A stretch of 63,609 nucleotides of DNA, taken from the NCBI RefSeq assembly GCF_035594765.1, contig NC_085847.1, positions 6,510,392 to 6,574,000 of the forward strand, written 5' to 3'. How positions within the stretch are numbered: the stretch's first letter is position 1; every line of letters starts with the position of its first letter. Origin of the DNA: Anolis carolinensis. Lineage: Eukaryota. The notes below the pieces were generated by a model, which did not search any database, was not told the origin of the DNA, and saw only the letters and a program-made list of their open reading frames with translations. Positions 19,665 through 32,600 of this stretch are shown in pieces. A program made the position numbers and the translations under genes.

Positions 19665-21133
19665 TCACTTGCAGTGTTTGCTGGTGTCCAGGTTCTTGTA
19701 ATCTTTGTTGTACGGGGCGCCCGAAAAGCAAATGGCGGCGTTGCGGTCGCAATTGCAGATAAACGCCTCACATTCATTATTCTTTTCTGGAGAGAGAGAA
19801 ACAGGAAGAAGGCGGGGTGGGAGATACACTCAGCCCCTTGGACATCGATTAAGAAAAAGCAAAATACTTCCCATAGATCCCCCCCTCTAAACAGCATTTT
19901 GAAACAATCCAGGCATCCTGTTGTTTAGAGACTCGTGGTGCTTTATAATTAAAAGCTTCCTGTTTGCATTTGATTCTATTTTTATTTTCGTGCTCCCCAA
20001 GAACATGGCCACTGTTCATGTTCCATAGCTGCAAGCAGAGCATTGGGGCAATCATGGACTCATACATTCTTTCCTTATGGAAAATCGTTTAACTAAAGGT
20101 ACAGTAGCCCTGTCTCCTTCCATGGGAGCGCCTCAAGTTGGCAATGGATTAGCAGTCATACATGACTCTTTTAACTAAAGGTACAATGGTCCTGTCTCCT
20201 TTCATGGGAGCTCCCCAGGTGGACAATGGATTAGCAGTCATTCATCAATCCTTTAACTAAAGATACAGTAACCCCATCCTCTTGTAATAGGGACCACCCC
20301 AAGCAAACCATGGATGGATTCGGTAGTTCTAAGTGTATTTACCACTGCAAGTGATCTCGGTGTCTGAACAGCTGTAAGCGTAGGTCTTGGTGTATGGGTT
20401 GTCCAAGATGAATTTGCAGTTTGGGTGCTTCTTGGCTGCCGAGTAGCACTCATCGTGGATTTGGCAGCACCTGCTCAAGAAGCAAAAACATACAGAACGA
20501 TTTTGTCAAACTCGACATTCCTTCCAGGCAAGACCAGGGAAAGAAAGCTTGGAAGCGTTGGGCAGAATATTCCGCCATGGTGTGCATCAGTATAGATAAA
20601 CACTGAGAAACCTGGCTAGTAAATGGGGAAGATGGGGCCGTGTTGGAGCTGAAGAGCAAGTGTCCTCGCCGGCCCTTTTTGAGCAACAAGGAATGCATTG
20701 CTTTCCGCAGGGGACCATGCTTCAGAGACAGGTGCCCTAGGGAAGGCCCCAGCTTACGTGTCCAGGTAATCGACGGGGGTCCCGCTGCCCCCCAAGCCAC
20801 AGTAGCAGCCGTAGTTGTTGTAGTCCTTCAGCGGGTCGCTGCTGGGCATGGTGCACTTGATCATGTTGCGGAATTGCCACAGGTTGCGGGGGAGGGCACT
20901 GTGGGCCATGCCAACTGGAAGAGAAGGAGGGGGGAATGGGTAGAGGGCAACATGCGGGCAGGGGTTGGCTTGGCCGTCACCCTGAAAGCATCTCCTTCCA
21001 ACTCTTGGAGGGTGACGGGCACGTCTTTCCAGATACTTGTATTTTTGAAAAATATCTGTTGGCTTTCTATGCTCTTTTAACTGGTGTTATGTGTTGTTTT
21101 TAGTTGATGTTATACCTATTGGTACCTCCCCAA

Positions 21134-21201
<68 letters not shown>

Positions 21202-21516
21202 AATTCAATTGGTATTATTTTGAACCTTCAAACGGGCCAAATACAGGCATTTGCCATGTTGTGGACTTTGTTGTCTCCTTAGAGACATTTTCTACTTTCT
21301 CAAGCTTCCCTCACCCTTTCCAGGCTCATAACTTGTCTCCTTATAGAAAGACCATTGGATCTCTCCCTCCCACCCCAAGAGGAAACGTCCTAAATTGCCC
21401 AAATCCCTTTGGGGTCTCTCTGGAGTGCCACCCAAATGTGGGCAAGCCTCCGCTCTGCCAGGCTTAGTGGACCTCAACTCACCTGTGGCCAACGCGAAGA
21501 GGATCAGGAGGTTCAT
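19665..21516 (-). CDS. PLA2G1B: Group IB (pancreatic) secretory phospholipase A2; exons 21516-21483, 20914-20758, 20470-20343, 19786-19665 (146 aa)
   Basis: Signal [15 protein letters not shown]; propeptide HSALPR; mature [11 protein letters not shown]; Ca loop [11 protein letters not shown]; active site CCQIHDECY; pancreatic loop KFILDNPYT; ICNCDR; AATAAA at ~19437-19446; sits between SIRT4 and MSI1 as in human. Confidence 0.96.
20088..20320. repeat. Three diverged tandem copies of an ~82 bp unit in PLA2G1B intron 3
   Basis: tttaactaaag(g/a)taca... starts at 20088, 20170 and 20252. Confidence 0.8.
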
Positions 21517-21554
21517 GGTGTGGGCAGCCCTGGTGCCACCTCAGGACTTCTCGG

Positions 21555-21620
21555 CCCCTTTTATAGCCCGGCCTCACCTTGGCACCGCCACCCAAGATAA
21601 GAGCGCCCTGTTTGCTTTTC
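21555..21620 (-). promoter_or_regulatory. PLA2G1B: PLA2G1B core promoter (TATA box, GATA and forkhead-like sites)
   Basis: CTATAAAA on the minus strand at 21559-21566, about 45 nt upstream of the ATG; AGATAAG at ~21595 and TGTTTGC at ~21609. Confidence 0.7.
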
Positions 21621-24049
21621 TAAAAGCATCTTTCTGCCGTCAGAACAAGGCAGCCTTGTTCAAAAAGGAACGCCCAACTGGTTTCCTTTCCAGGAATGAG
21701 TGGGTCTGGTTTGACTTTGGAAACTCCTGTGGATTTGAGGAAATCCCTTTTCCCAGCTTGAACTGGGCCAGGGAAGAGAAATACAGAGGGTAGCGGTGGA
21801 CGGTTCCTCATTGGAGATCTGGGCATCTTTCTGGGGGCGTCTTTAGTTGTGTCTTTCTGCCTGGCAGGATGGGGTTGGACTAAATGGCCCTTGGGGTCCC
21901 TTCCAATGCTTGGATGTGGTGGGAGACAATTTACGAGTCCAATTTTTGAAAAGCAACTCAGACCAAGGAGAGTGAAACCATTTCGGGTTCCTTGGTCCCT
22001 GGGTACTGGAGGCCATATGAAAAAGGGGGCATTTGTGCCAGAATGCCTACTCTTGAGTTTCTTGACCGTGAGGGTGCCAACTGTGCCAAAACATGTTTCT
22101 GAACTCATGTGTTTTACAGCAATGACCTCCGTAATCTCTAGATGGCTTTGGGATGGGCCATGCCAACCCCCAGGTATGCCAACCTCCACCTGAAGGGCCT
22201 GTTTGTTGGAAAAAGTGCCACTCATAAATCACCCCGCCACCCGCAACAGGTGGCCAAGCACCCACAGGTGGAAGGAGAGGGCCCTCGGGTCCCCAGGGGA
22301 AATGTTCCCATGCCAAGGGCAGGGCTTTGCCCGGAACGAGTGTCACTGCCCTCCCCATCAGCGATTAGGGCCCAGTTCTCCAAATGTTTTTCTTCCCTCT
22401 TGTGAGGACTTGGTCAGGCGGGCCCACTCTCAGGACGTTGGCACCTGCCCATGTTTCCATGGCGGTGAAAAAAAGCTGAAGTGGAGCCCTGGCATCCGCC
22501 CAGCTCAGTCCTTGCCGCCCGTTTGCCAGGCACCTGTTCTCCTGGGAGGGAGGAAGCCAACGGTCTTGGGAGGAGCGGGGTCGGGGACTACAAGTGCGCC
22601 TTCCGTCGTGTGCCTTCAAGACACTTCCGACCCACAGCAAGGCCAGAGCGACCCTCTCGCAGGCCAGATTTGCACCAGAGTAAGTGAAATCTCTTTAAGG
22701 GGCTGAGGGGGGAAAGGAAAGGGCCCGAGACTGTGAGGAATGGTGGGAATTGAAGTCCAAAACACCTGAAGGGAGGGCCCAAGTTTGCCCATGCATGCAC
22801 TAAAGGGACGTCTAAGATTTGGGTCCTGCCGTCGGATGTCCCCTGGAAAACAGACGGGTCCCTTTCTCTGCCTTTTCCCTTTGGGCCAGAGTCCCAAATG
22901 CACGAGCCACAAACAACCACTGAAGCCAGAAGGCCATTTTTCAAATAATTTATTAGGAATTTAAAACCGAAAATCTGGAAAAAGGGGTTACAGGTCTGGA
23001 GAGAACAAATGTCAGCGTGTAATAAAACTGGCTTCATAAAAACCACAGCTTTATTATTACTTTTTATTATTTTTTTCTTTGTTTTTATTTTTTAGAAAAA
23101 AAGGACCCCCCCTCCCTCCCCAACGCAAGAAGTCGCTCCCCGAGGGGACGATGCCCAAGAGGCGGGCAAAGAAAGCAGCTTCGCCTGTATGCGTGTGCCA
23201 AGGAGGTGGCACGGCGGTGCCCTCCTTCGCCTTGGCACACCCCAAGCCCACCCTCCTTAGGCCAAAGGAAAAGGAACTCCGGAATAAAAATAAACCCCAT
23301 TAAGCTGCAGCTGCTCTTTCACTCCTTTTCTTCAAAAATTAAAAAAATGACAGACAAGATTCAGCTCAGTAACAAAAAAATTATTGCTTTTTTGTGTGAG
23401 TTTCCGGTACTGATTTGCTCGGCTCCTCTCTGCCGAACTCTCCCAATATTTATCAAGCTGCTTTTGGGGGCGATCTGGGGACAAGATCAGAGAAGAGGAG
23501 GAAGGAAGGTAGAAGGAAAGCGTGCGAGAGAAAGAAAGAGAGAGAGTCAAAGGGGGCATGGATGGAGAGACACTGCTGTCGAGGGAAGATCTGATGCTGT
23601 TGGCTGAATCTAGTCAAATAAAGGAATGTAAGATGCCTTCGCCTGAGAGGTGTCCCTATCTTCCAAGCTTCGAACATCTACCAATGGAGAGATGCCCTCT
23701 TTCAGAGATCCGCAGCCCAAACCCACCTTGGTGTTAGGCCCACCGCTTGTCTCAACCAGTGCACACCCATGGGCGCAACTGGATTGACCTCCATGTTGAC
23801 TCATTGTTCAAATGATGGAGTTGTTGTTGAGAGGAACCAAGAGAATCCCAACACTTGAGATGTTGCCCCAAAAGTAGGACAAGGTCAGAGCAGTGAAGGA
23901 GTTGACTTGGTCCCTCCCAACACCCCTTATCCCCTCTTCCTTTCTACTTGACATGGGATCAGATATTGGGAGTCAAATGAGGACTATCACAGCCCTCTCT
24001 CTCTAACCAGGATTTTCCTAGCTATACTTGGAAATGTTTGCTTTTCCCT

Positions 24050-24270
24050 TCTGGAGACCAAACCAGGTCCAAATTAAGCCCAAATTCTCCCTGGAAGCCA
24101 AGATGCCGAGGCTGTCATACTTTGGCCAGATCATGAGAAGACAGGACTCACTAGGAAAGACAAGGAGCTGTAAGGAAGCCATAAGAAACAAAGGAAGACA
24201 GAGATGGAGAGACTCAGTCAAGGAAGTTACAACGGCCCTGAGTTTGCAAGACCCAAACAGGGAGGCATGG
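24050..24270 (+). mobile_element. RTE/BovB-like LINE fragment
   Basis: Translates as QIKPKFSLEAKMPRLSYFGQIMRRQDSLGK, resembling the RTE-BovB ORF C-terminus. Confidence 0.65.
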
Positions 24271-26151
24271 AAGCCTTTCATCTGCAAGAACAGGAAGAAA
24301 CTACATTAGGAGCAGTCAGGGGATATCTAGAAGCCTGCATTCGACAAAGACCTGTTTCAAAGCTAAGATACAAGGGAAGCCAGTCGTATGCATCACAGAT
24401 ATAGTGGGGGCCCATATCAATCCAGGGACCCCGTCAATACCAATCTGGATGCTCAAGTGGGTAGTAAAGAGGCACCCCTTATGTAAAATGGCAAAATCAA
24501 GGTTGGCTTTTGGGGATTTTGATAAATATTTGCAAGCTATGGATGGTGGGATCCATGGAGGCAAAATCCGTGGATACGGCAGGCCAACTGTATGAATGGG
24601 AAGAGCTCTTGAGACAAGAAGCACAATGGCTAGTGTCCCTCCACTCCCGGAAAACAGTTTGCTACCGTTTGAGGAAAGCATCATAACTCAATTCAGCCAA
24701 AGAGAATCAACCAATCCTCCTGGCTTTTATCTCCTTGCAATTGCTGGTCAAATAGGTTTTGAGGGTTTTCTGGCAAAGCCTGCTTGGCAAGAGATAACCG
24801 CAGGATTAAAAAGATTACTAATGGGTCTGTAGGATGGTGCCGAGAATGCCTGGAGGAAGGGTGAGAAGTGGGTATTCTTCCCGCAAAAGTACCAAGCGAT
24901 TCTACCTCTCCCCACATGGCTTTGGTGGCCACAGCCAGCCAATAGCACCCCCACCCCAGACACAAGCACAGGGGACACCCAGTTTGCCAACAGCTCAAAC
25001 CCTAACCCTCGCGTTGCCACCCTGGCAGAGGAGAAGTGGCAGGAAGTGGCACCCGCTCCGCCACTCCCGACATCCCTGAGAAGATCCAGGATCCCCCTTC
25101 CTCGCCATACTTGGTCCAGATCAGGGGTGCAGCTATGGGGTGGGGGCAAAATGAGGACACGGCCTCCCTCTGACAGAGAAAAGGTTTCCTCCAGTCCCGA
25201 AATCTCTCAAATTGCGGTGGCCAAAAACTTCAGCCAAGCCTTTGGAAATAGAAGTTGGGATCCTGTGCAGCAGTTACAAGGCTGGACTTAGGCTTGCTTG
25301 TGGCCATGAGCAACCCAATGGGAGCTCCCAAAACGGGCTTTGCAATATGGCTGCAACTCAACAGAAGCAGGTTTGAATCAGGGCCCAAGGAAAGGATGTC
25401 TGCAGCGCTATCCCAGTTGTGGGGTGCCCTGAGGCAAACAGTGACATTGAGAGGGCTGAGGGAAGGAGGAGGAGAAGGGTGAAAGGGAGGAGGAATGGAA
25501 AAGAGGAAGGAAGGAAGGGTTAGGATTCAACCCCACACAGCCCAAGTCTCAAGTCCTCAATGAGGAACAGTTTAGTTAGCTTAGTATAGGCTAAGGGTTT
25601 CCCTTCCTCCGTGTCTCCTGTATGACAGTTGATGTGTCACTGTGTTTTCAGGCACAGTCCCACCGTTCCATGAAAAAGGATAAACACAGCAGAAGGGAGA
25701 CTTCTGCGTTTTCCAATGACTCCCTCCCTTGCAAGACAAGACACTTGGGGACTGAAGGAGAACTTTGCACAGAGGGCAGGATTCTCATGAGGTTGCCATG
25801 CTCTCATTTTGTCCACCAATAGCAACACCTTAGCCCCAGACCCATTGAGCAGGAAATGAGAAATATTAGGAGAGTTGTAGCCATTCCAAGCCTGAATGGA
25901 GACCAAGCCCTTGGTGTACCAGACGCCGCTCGGCAAAATCGCCCCCCATCCAAGTCAGTAGCATTCATCCGGCCCCCTTGCCCTCCCCAAAAAGCCAGCC
26001 ACCCTCCCACCCAGCCCTCCCTCCCCACAAAAGGCCCCTCTCCCCTCCCCGCTGCACATCTCGCCAGAGGTCTTCAAAATCTTACAGTAAAAGATATATA
26101 TTTTTAAAAAGAAAGGAGGTTCGTCATGGTCCAACCAGAGTATTGCTCGTG

Positions 26152-26279
26152 NNNNNNNNNNNNNNNNNNNNNNNNNNNNNNNNNNNNNNNNNNNNNNNNN
26201 NNNNNNNNNNNNNNNNNNNNNNNNNNNNNNNNNNNNNNNNNNNNNNNNNNNNNNNNNNNNNNNNNNNNNNNNNNNNNNN
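26152..26279. other. Assembly gap (128 N)
   Basis: Run of N. Confidence 1.
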
Positions 26280-28042
26280 AATTGCTCTCTCGTGGAAACA
26301 AGGCCCAAGAGTACCTTGCAGTATTTACATAGGATAGGGGGACACTGAGGAAAGGGGGGAACATAATAACAATAATAAACCCACAATAACCTAAAACCTA
26401 GAAAACAAAAGGGGGGGGCACATCAGTCATTAGGAATAGTGTTTTCTTTTTCGCAAAATATACAGTTTGTCTCTGTTCTGCAGCAATGCCCTCGAGTGTC
26501 TGTTTCGCCCTTGTCCAAAGGCCCAAGAAACTTATTATTTGCTTTAAAAGGAAAGCCAGAGAGAGAGGCAAACGCTGACAAGCCCCCCCCCCTCTCTGCT
26601 TCCCTGCTTCCCTTCTGAACTGCCTTTGTTTGACTCAACCGGTCCTTTGAAAAGACTGTTTTTTTCTGTCCCTTCCCCTGCCCCCCCCCAAATATATATA
26701 TTTATATATATATATATTTCTAAAAAAACAAACAAACAAAAAGATTTCAAAAAAAAAGCCAATAAAAATTATTCCTCAAGAAAGGCTAGCTACGCACAAT
26801 CACAAAACAACCCCAAAGTCGTATGGAGGTTCGTTGCGGCGCTCCGAGAAAAAGAGACCCGGAGCGAAAAGAGAACCGGAACCCGTCCCCGCCCCTCCCT
26901 CGCCCCTCCCCCCAAAGACTACAAAATAAAAACTAACCCGCTAACAAAATAAATAAAAGAAGAAGAAGAAATCAAGGGGTGGGAGGGGGTCAGGGGAGAA
27001 GTGTAAACGGTCTGCGGTTACTACGATGAGGAGACGAGAGCTCCTCAGGGTTCGAATCCAGTGCTTTCTGGTCAACGGGAGGCAGCAGGGCTGGTCAAGA
27101 GCCGCCCGGCTGCCCGCCCCAAAGTGTGCAGTTTTCGTGACTCAAATGAAATCCTGGCTCATCACTCAAGTTGTTGCCGGATCCTCCAGCCCACCGTCGT
27201 TGCTTCGCTCGCTGGGGGATCTGTGGGGAGAAAAGAGAGGGGGGGGGGGCAAAGGGACCGTTCAGTAGGAAACGGGGACCAAAGACTGCTCTTGACTTCA
27301 GGCCCTTGGTACCCACGTGGGCTTGGTGCCAGGACCCTCCCAAATCCCTCGATGCTAAAGTCCCATGATGGACTAAGAAGGTCAAACGTTTATGCTGTGG
27401 CAAAATCAAAACTTGAAAAAAAAATTTTTTTCAAGCACTGGCAGGTAGAATCCATGCATGCAAGCTCTGTGGACAAAGACATTTAACTATACTTGAAAGA
27501 ATAGGCCGACATTTGGGGCGGATGGCAAGTAAGGGTCCCCTTCTTCTAAATCACATCCAACCAGATCAAATCGGACAATAAAAGACTCGCAAGATCAATG
27601 TTAGCATCTTGAATTGTCCCTCCGGACAGAATATAAATAAAATTGTCCCTCCAGGCAGAATATAAATAAAGTTTCATTATTATTACTATTATTATTAACA
27701 TTATTATTATTATTATTAAGTCCTTAGTTCCTATGCCCTTGAAACGTAAGTGCTGAATGCACTGGGTAGCTACCAGACAGTGATTTCCACATGCTTCTAG
27801 GAAGCCCTCAATCGGGCCAGGCCAACAGGCCTAGTCCTCCACAATACAAGGCAACTTTCTCCAACTCAGTACTCTCCAGATGTTCTGGACTATATATCCA
27901 AGCATGGTCAGCACAATGGGAGTGGTAATCCAACACATTTGGAGCATGTCAGGAAAAGCTACAGTTTCTGAGCAGTCTTCAAGGGCAGAGCTTATCACAG
28001 TAGTCAAGTAGACCTTACCAACATTATTCTTGGTCCTCAGCT

Positions 28043-29589
28043 TCAGTGGTACCCATTAGTAAAAGCTGTTGCAATCAAAGGTCCCTGCAAGAGAGCAACG
28101 TTTCACCCACAGGGGAAATAATCTTGCGATACACTGTCAAGTCTCTGGTTTGTGAACATTCAGGGAAAGACCTGTCGACACCCACTTCCTTGGGTGAGAC
28201 CCTCGGCTTGGCACCTGCCCCACGCCCTCCCGTCATCCCCACTCACCCCTAGGCTGTGGCCAAAGCCAGTACTCGGGGCGGGACTTGCCGCGCTGATGTA
28301 ACTGCTGACTCCTGAATCCTGATTGGCTGCCCCGTAGAGCTCCGCCATCGGCCCGGGGCTGGTAGTGCCCAGGAAACCCCCGGTGCGGCTCGGGGTGGAA
28401 CCTGCCGGAAGAAGCAGACCTAGCCAGCCACGACCCCCAAAATGAGGAGCCCTGTCCCCCGCCCCGCACCCACAACCCCAGGGAAAGAACACTTCCCGCG
28501 CTCGCAATCCATTCCCACTGGGAGGGCAGCGTGCCAGTTACCTGTCCCCCGCACCACAGCTGCTGCTGCCGCCGCCGCTGCCATTGGTCCATATGCAGTG
28601 AGGGGGATGGCTGGAAGGGAAGAGAAGGAAAACATCAGAGCAAACCCAGGATGGCTGGCATCCAGGTAGCATTAAAAGGGTGAGTTGGACAAGTTCCCAA
28701 CCCAAGAGCTTATACCGGGGTCTCAAAACCAATAGCCTCAGCTTCCCTCCCGCAAGCTGCAGGACAAAACAAAGGAGGATAAGGATCAGGGGCCAGGACC
28801 TCCTGCCCATCCCTGCCCCATCCAAACTATTGAAGAAAGAGAGAGGCAGTGTGAGGGGATGTTATGAAGGGTGGCAAGGGGGCCTCCAGAACCAGTCAGT
28901 CTATTAGCTCAGAACGAGAGAGAGAGAGAGAGAGAGAGAGAGGAAGAGAGCATGGTGTCTACAAGCTTGGCGAAACAGCAGCAGCGGGAAATGCCCTCAA
29001 GCACTAGGCCAGGCCAAAGGGGACAGGACCAAAGGGGAGGCAGCAGCGGGCTTCAGGCTCGGGAGGAACGGGGAAAGAACACCGGCCCAAATGTGTCCAA
29101 GGTTTCTGCCTGCACAGGCCTCAAGCAGGGATAGGAATCGACACCCTTCCATCTCCGGAAAATCTGGAGGGGCTTTGGGACTCAAAAGCAGCTCTCCCTA
29201 GTGGGTCCCAGTTAAGGCGCAGAACCGAGATCATATATAGTGTCAATCGGTAGCTTCAGCTGTGGGCACGGACTGGCAACCTCCCGCCTGCCAAGCATTG
29301 GCTCTTTTCAGCCTTGACAAGCTCCACGGGAACAAAACAGTAAAGAGCAGGGAATAACATGTGTTTTGTGGGATGGGAGCTCTGTCTGCATACATAATGT
29401 GGGGATGAGGCAGTGTGTGAAGATGGGATGGGGCACGTTTCCCTGAAAAAAGAAACCATGGCAGGGCAGACGGGCACTTCAACTACTAACCACGGCAGGG
29501 CAGATGGGCACTACGAGGACACTGAATGTTTGCCTATATTGTAATCCGCTCTGAGTCCCCTGGGGAGAAGGGCGGAATATAAATAAAGT

Positions 29590-29629
<40 letters not shown>

Positions 29630-32600
29630 CATTATTATTATTGTTGTTATTATTATTATTCAAGTGGGGAGGTGATCCTATGCCTACCAGTTCCCACTTC
29701 CTCGCCCTCAACTCTCATGGGAGGGATAAATGGGGGGGGGGGGGGGACTGCAATGTCTGAGAACTCCCCCTTCCCCAAGCTGCCCCCAGCTTTCCCTTCC
29801 GGCTTCGGCTTCGGTTGGAGGCAATCGGCAGGACTGACCTGTGAGCTCGGGGAGGACTGGGGCACTCGGGAGAGGGGTCCGCTCTACCCGGAATTCTAAA
29901 AACAAAAGGCAAGACATCTTAGGACACGTGGTCAGTTCCGCCTCCCGCTCCCCAGACAAGAGAGGGTCCGGCCAAAGAGGGCGGGGAGGGGGCAGGAAGG
30001 AAACATGAGGGCAGAGACAAAAACATGGCAGGAAAGAGGGCATCCTCAGAGCTGCGGCCAGTCGGAGAAGGCCGGAAGAATGTCAGCGTCAAGGCCTACC
30101 CTGAAAGAAAGCGCTGCTCAGTGCCAGTCTTGACTTCATCCCTATCCCAGTGTCAATGGGAAGCAATACAAGCTTATTGTGAAGCACTTTGCCAATGAAA
30201 ACACTGATGGAAGCAACCAGGAGTATGACAGGGCAAGCAGCCCAACGCTGTCCCATTTAACTGCCATTAGAAATCCACTCCCGGTTGCCATTTCTAAAGG
30301 TGTTAAAGCAGTTTGGAGAATCTAGTGAGCGCTGCCGTTGTTGATTCATTTCTATCTTGACGGATCTGCTTTTATAAAAGGAATGCGAAGCCATCCAACC
30401 TGAGCCCAATCCTAGAGAGCAGAAAGTCTGGGGGAAAAACAGCCTGAGGCCATTCTCTGCTCCTCTGCCCCTTCTGTAAAGAGGTCGAGCAACAACAGCA
30501 AAAAACACTGGCCTTACTGACAGAGCGAAATCCAGAGCCTGGCCGATGACAGCTCTATCTCTCACCGGCAGCGGGAGACAAACAGCCTTCCCCTTTCAAC
30601 TTCTCATCTTGGCTGCCACAGCCAGATGGGATGCGATGAAAGGAAAGGCCGATGCCGCCTGAAAGGAGGACGACCTTGAGGAAACAGGAGGGCTCCAGAG
30701 AGGAGGAGGATTTCACTCCTGGCTCTGCTCATCCGATTCAGATCCCAGCTCAGGAGTTACACCTTTCAAGGAATGAGATTACCTACAAGGCATTGCTTTG
30801 CCAGACAGGGCTCAAAGAGAACCTATTGGCCATTGTGTTTTTCTGCTTTGGGACTTAACAAGTCCAGGTTGAGCACCCTTGCTGTGGAATTTCAAACTCC
30901 AAAACTCTTCACCCAGGGAACTAAGAGTGACACCTTCACTTTCAATATACACAAGCTTTGTTTTGTGCCCTTGTGTCAACCTGTTTCCAGCCTTGTATCA
31001 GCTAAAATAGCAACCAGAAGTCATTCTTTACTGCTGAAAACAGAAGCATTGTCTTCTGTTGTGAAGCACAACTAAATACAGATATACAGCTGGCAACAGA
31101 GGTCGTTTCTGACCCACAGGAAGGCAGTGCCCACTGCTCTTAGAAACCAACCAGGAGGGCCTTTTCTTTTTTTTCAAGCTCAAATTTGGAAAAAGCTGAG
31201 AGCCAAGTTTTCCTAGGCTGGCAAACCCCTCTTTCTATCAGATCTGCTTGTCCTCAGCCCTTTCTAGTTCTCAGGGTGATCAGTCCTGCCAGAAACCTGC
31301 CCTTGGATTGCGGGAAGTGGTTCACAAGCTGCATATGATTCATCAGGACTCAGAATACCAGCAAAGGTGTTTGTCCTCTGCTCTGCTTTCAGAAAGGCAG
31401 CAGCTCTGGGAAAGGTCTGAGGCTGAAGGTTGGGGAGCAAAGGCGGCAAGAAAGGGAAGGGAGGGAGAGCGAGTGAGCGAGAGAGAGGCGCTTGCCAAGG
31501 GGCCATTTTTAGAGGCCAAGGGAGAATCAAAGCCGCTCCGTTGACTCCGTCTGCTCCTGAAAAGGAAGGCTCTCAACCCTTGGGTTTCAACCCCATATCA
31601 TGCGCATCTCGCTGTCGGGGAGGTGAGGCAAGTGACAAAGAGTGGAGAAGACCAGAGCAGGCACACCCCCTCCCCATCAAGCACGCACGGAGCAGGACCT
31701 ACCGGGGAACTGGTAAGTATAGCCAGGAGCAATGCCCGTGTAACTCCGGCTGGCGTAGGTGGCCGCCTGAAACCCCGGGTAGCCTACAGAAAAGGAAAAA
31801 AAAGGCAGGCTCATCAGTGGTTTCACAGCAAGAGACATGGAAAAGGGGGCTTTGTTTCGTGGGACCTCTTATTCTCCAGTACACAAGCAACTGGATTAAG
31901 AGGGGAAGAGATCACTCTGAATACACCAAGAATCCTCACTAAGTAGGTTTTGATTATTTTGCCCGTTACAGCAACCGAGGGACAAGCAACCAGTCTTTGA
32001 TTGTATCTTTTAAATTAATTGGGGTTTTATTGCTGTTTTAAGTAAAATTGGCTTAATTTTATTGTTATTAATTTGTATCATTTTGAATAATACTAATACT
32101 AATAATAATAATAAACAACTGCTCTATCTCCTTGAAGGGACTCAGGGTGGTTTCCAAACATTTGGCAACCATTCAATGCCCAAAGAAAACTATACACAAC
32201 AATTTACATCAAGACAAAGCACATTAAACAATATAAACAACTAAATTGTAACTTAATAAATAAAATGAGGACCAACAAAATAATACTAACAATGAAAAAA
32301 GAAATAAATTTTTTGTTGCATTTGTATAGTGTTGCACTTTTGAGTGCTTTCTCTGAGCCACCCAAGTCCCTTCGGGGAGATCATGGCGGGATACAAATAA
32401 AGAAGTGTTGTTGTTGTTGTTGTACAATTTATAGCCCTACACTTTTCAAAATGGTGTCAGAGCAATGTGAGATTTTTAATTCAAGTGTGCCTTAGCTATG
32501 GTGATATGCGGAACCACTGCTCCGGCAACAAAACTGTCCGCAATTGTCTCCTCTGCCGGAAGAGGGCATTGCAAGACGCCAAACAGACTTTCCCTGCCAT

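Larger units (their letters stand above)
23030..27220 (-). other. MSI1: MSI1 non-coding last exon / 3'UTR (3' boundary uncertain)
   Basis: Strong acceptor ctcttttctccccacag at 27221; U-rich UTR-like sequence; AATAAA hexamers on the minus strand at ~23050-23070. Confidence 0.5.
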
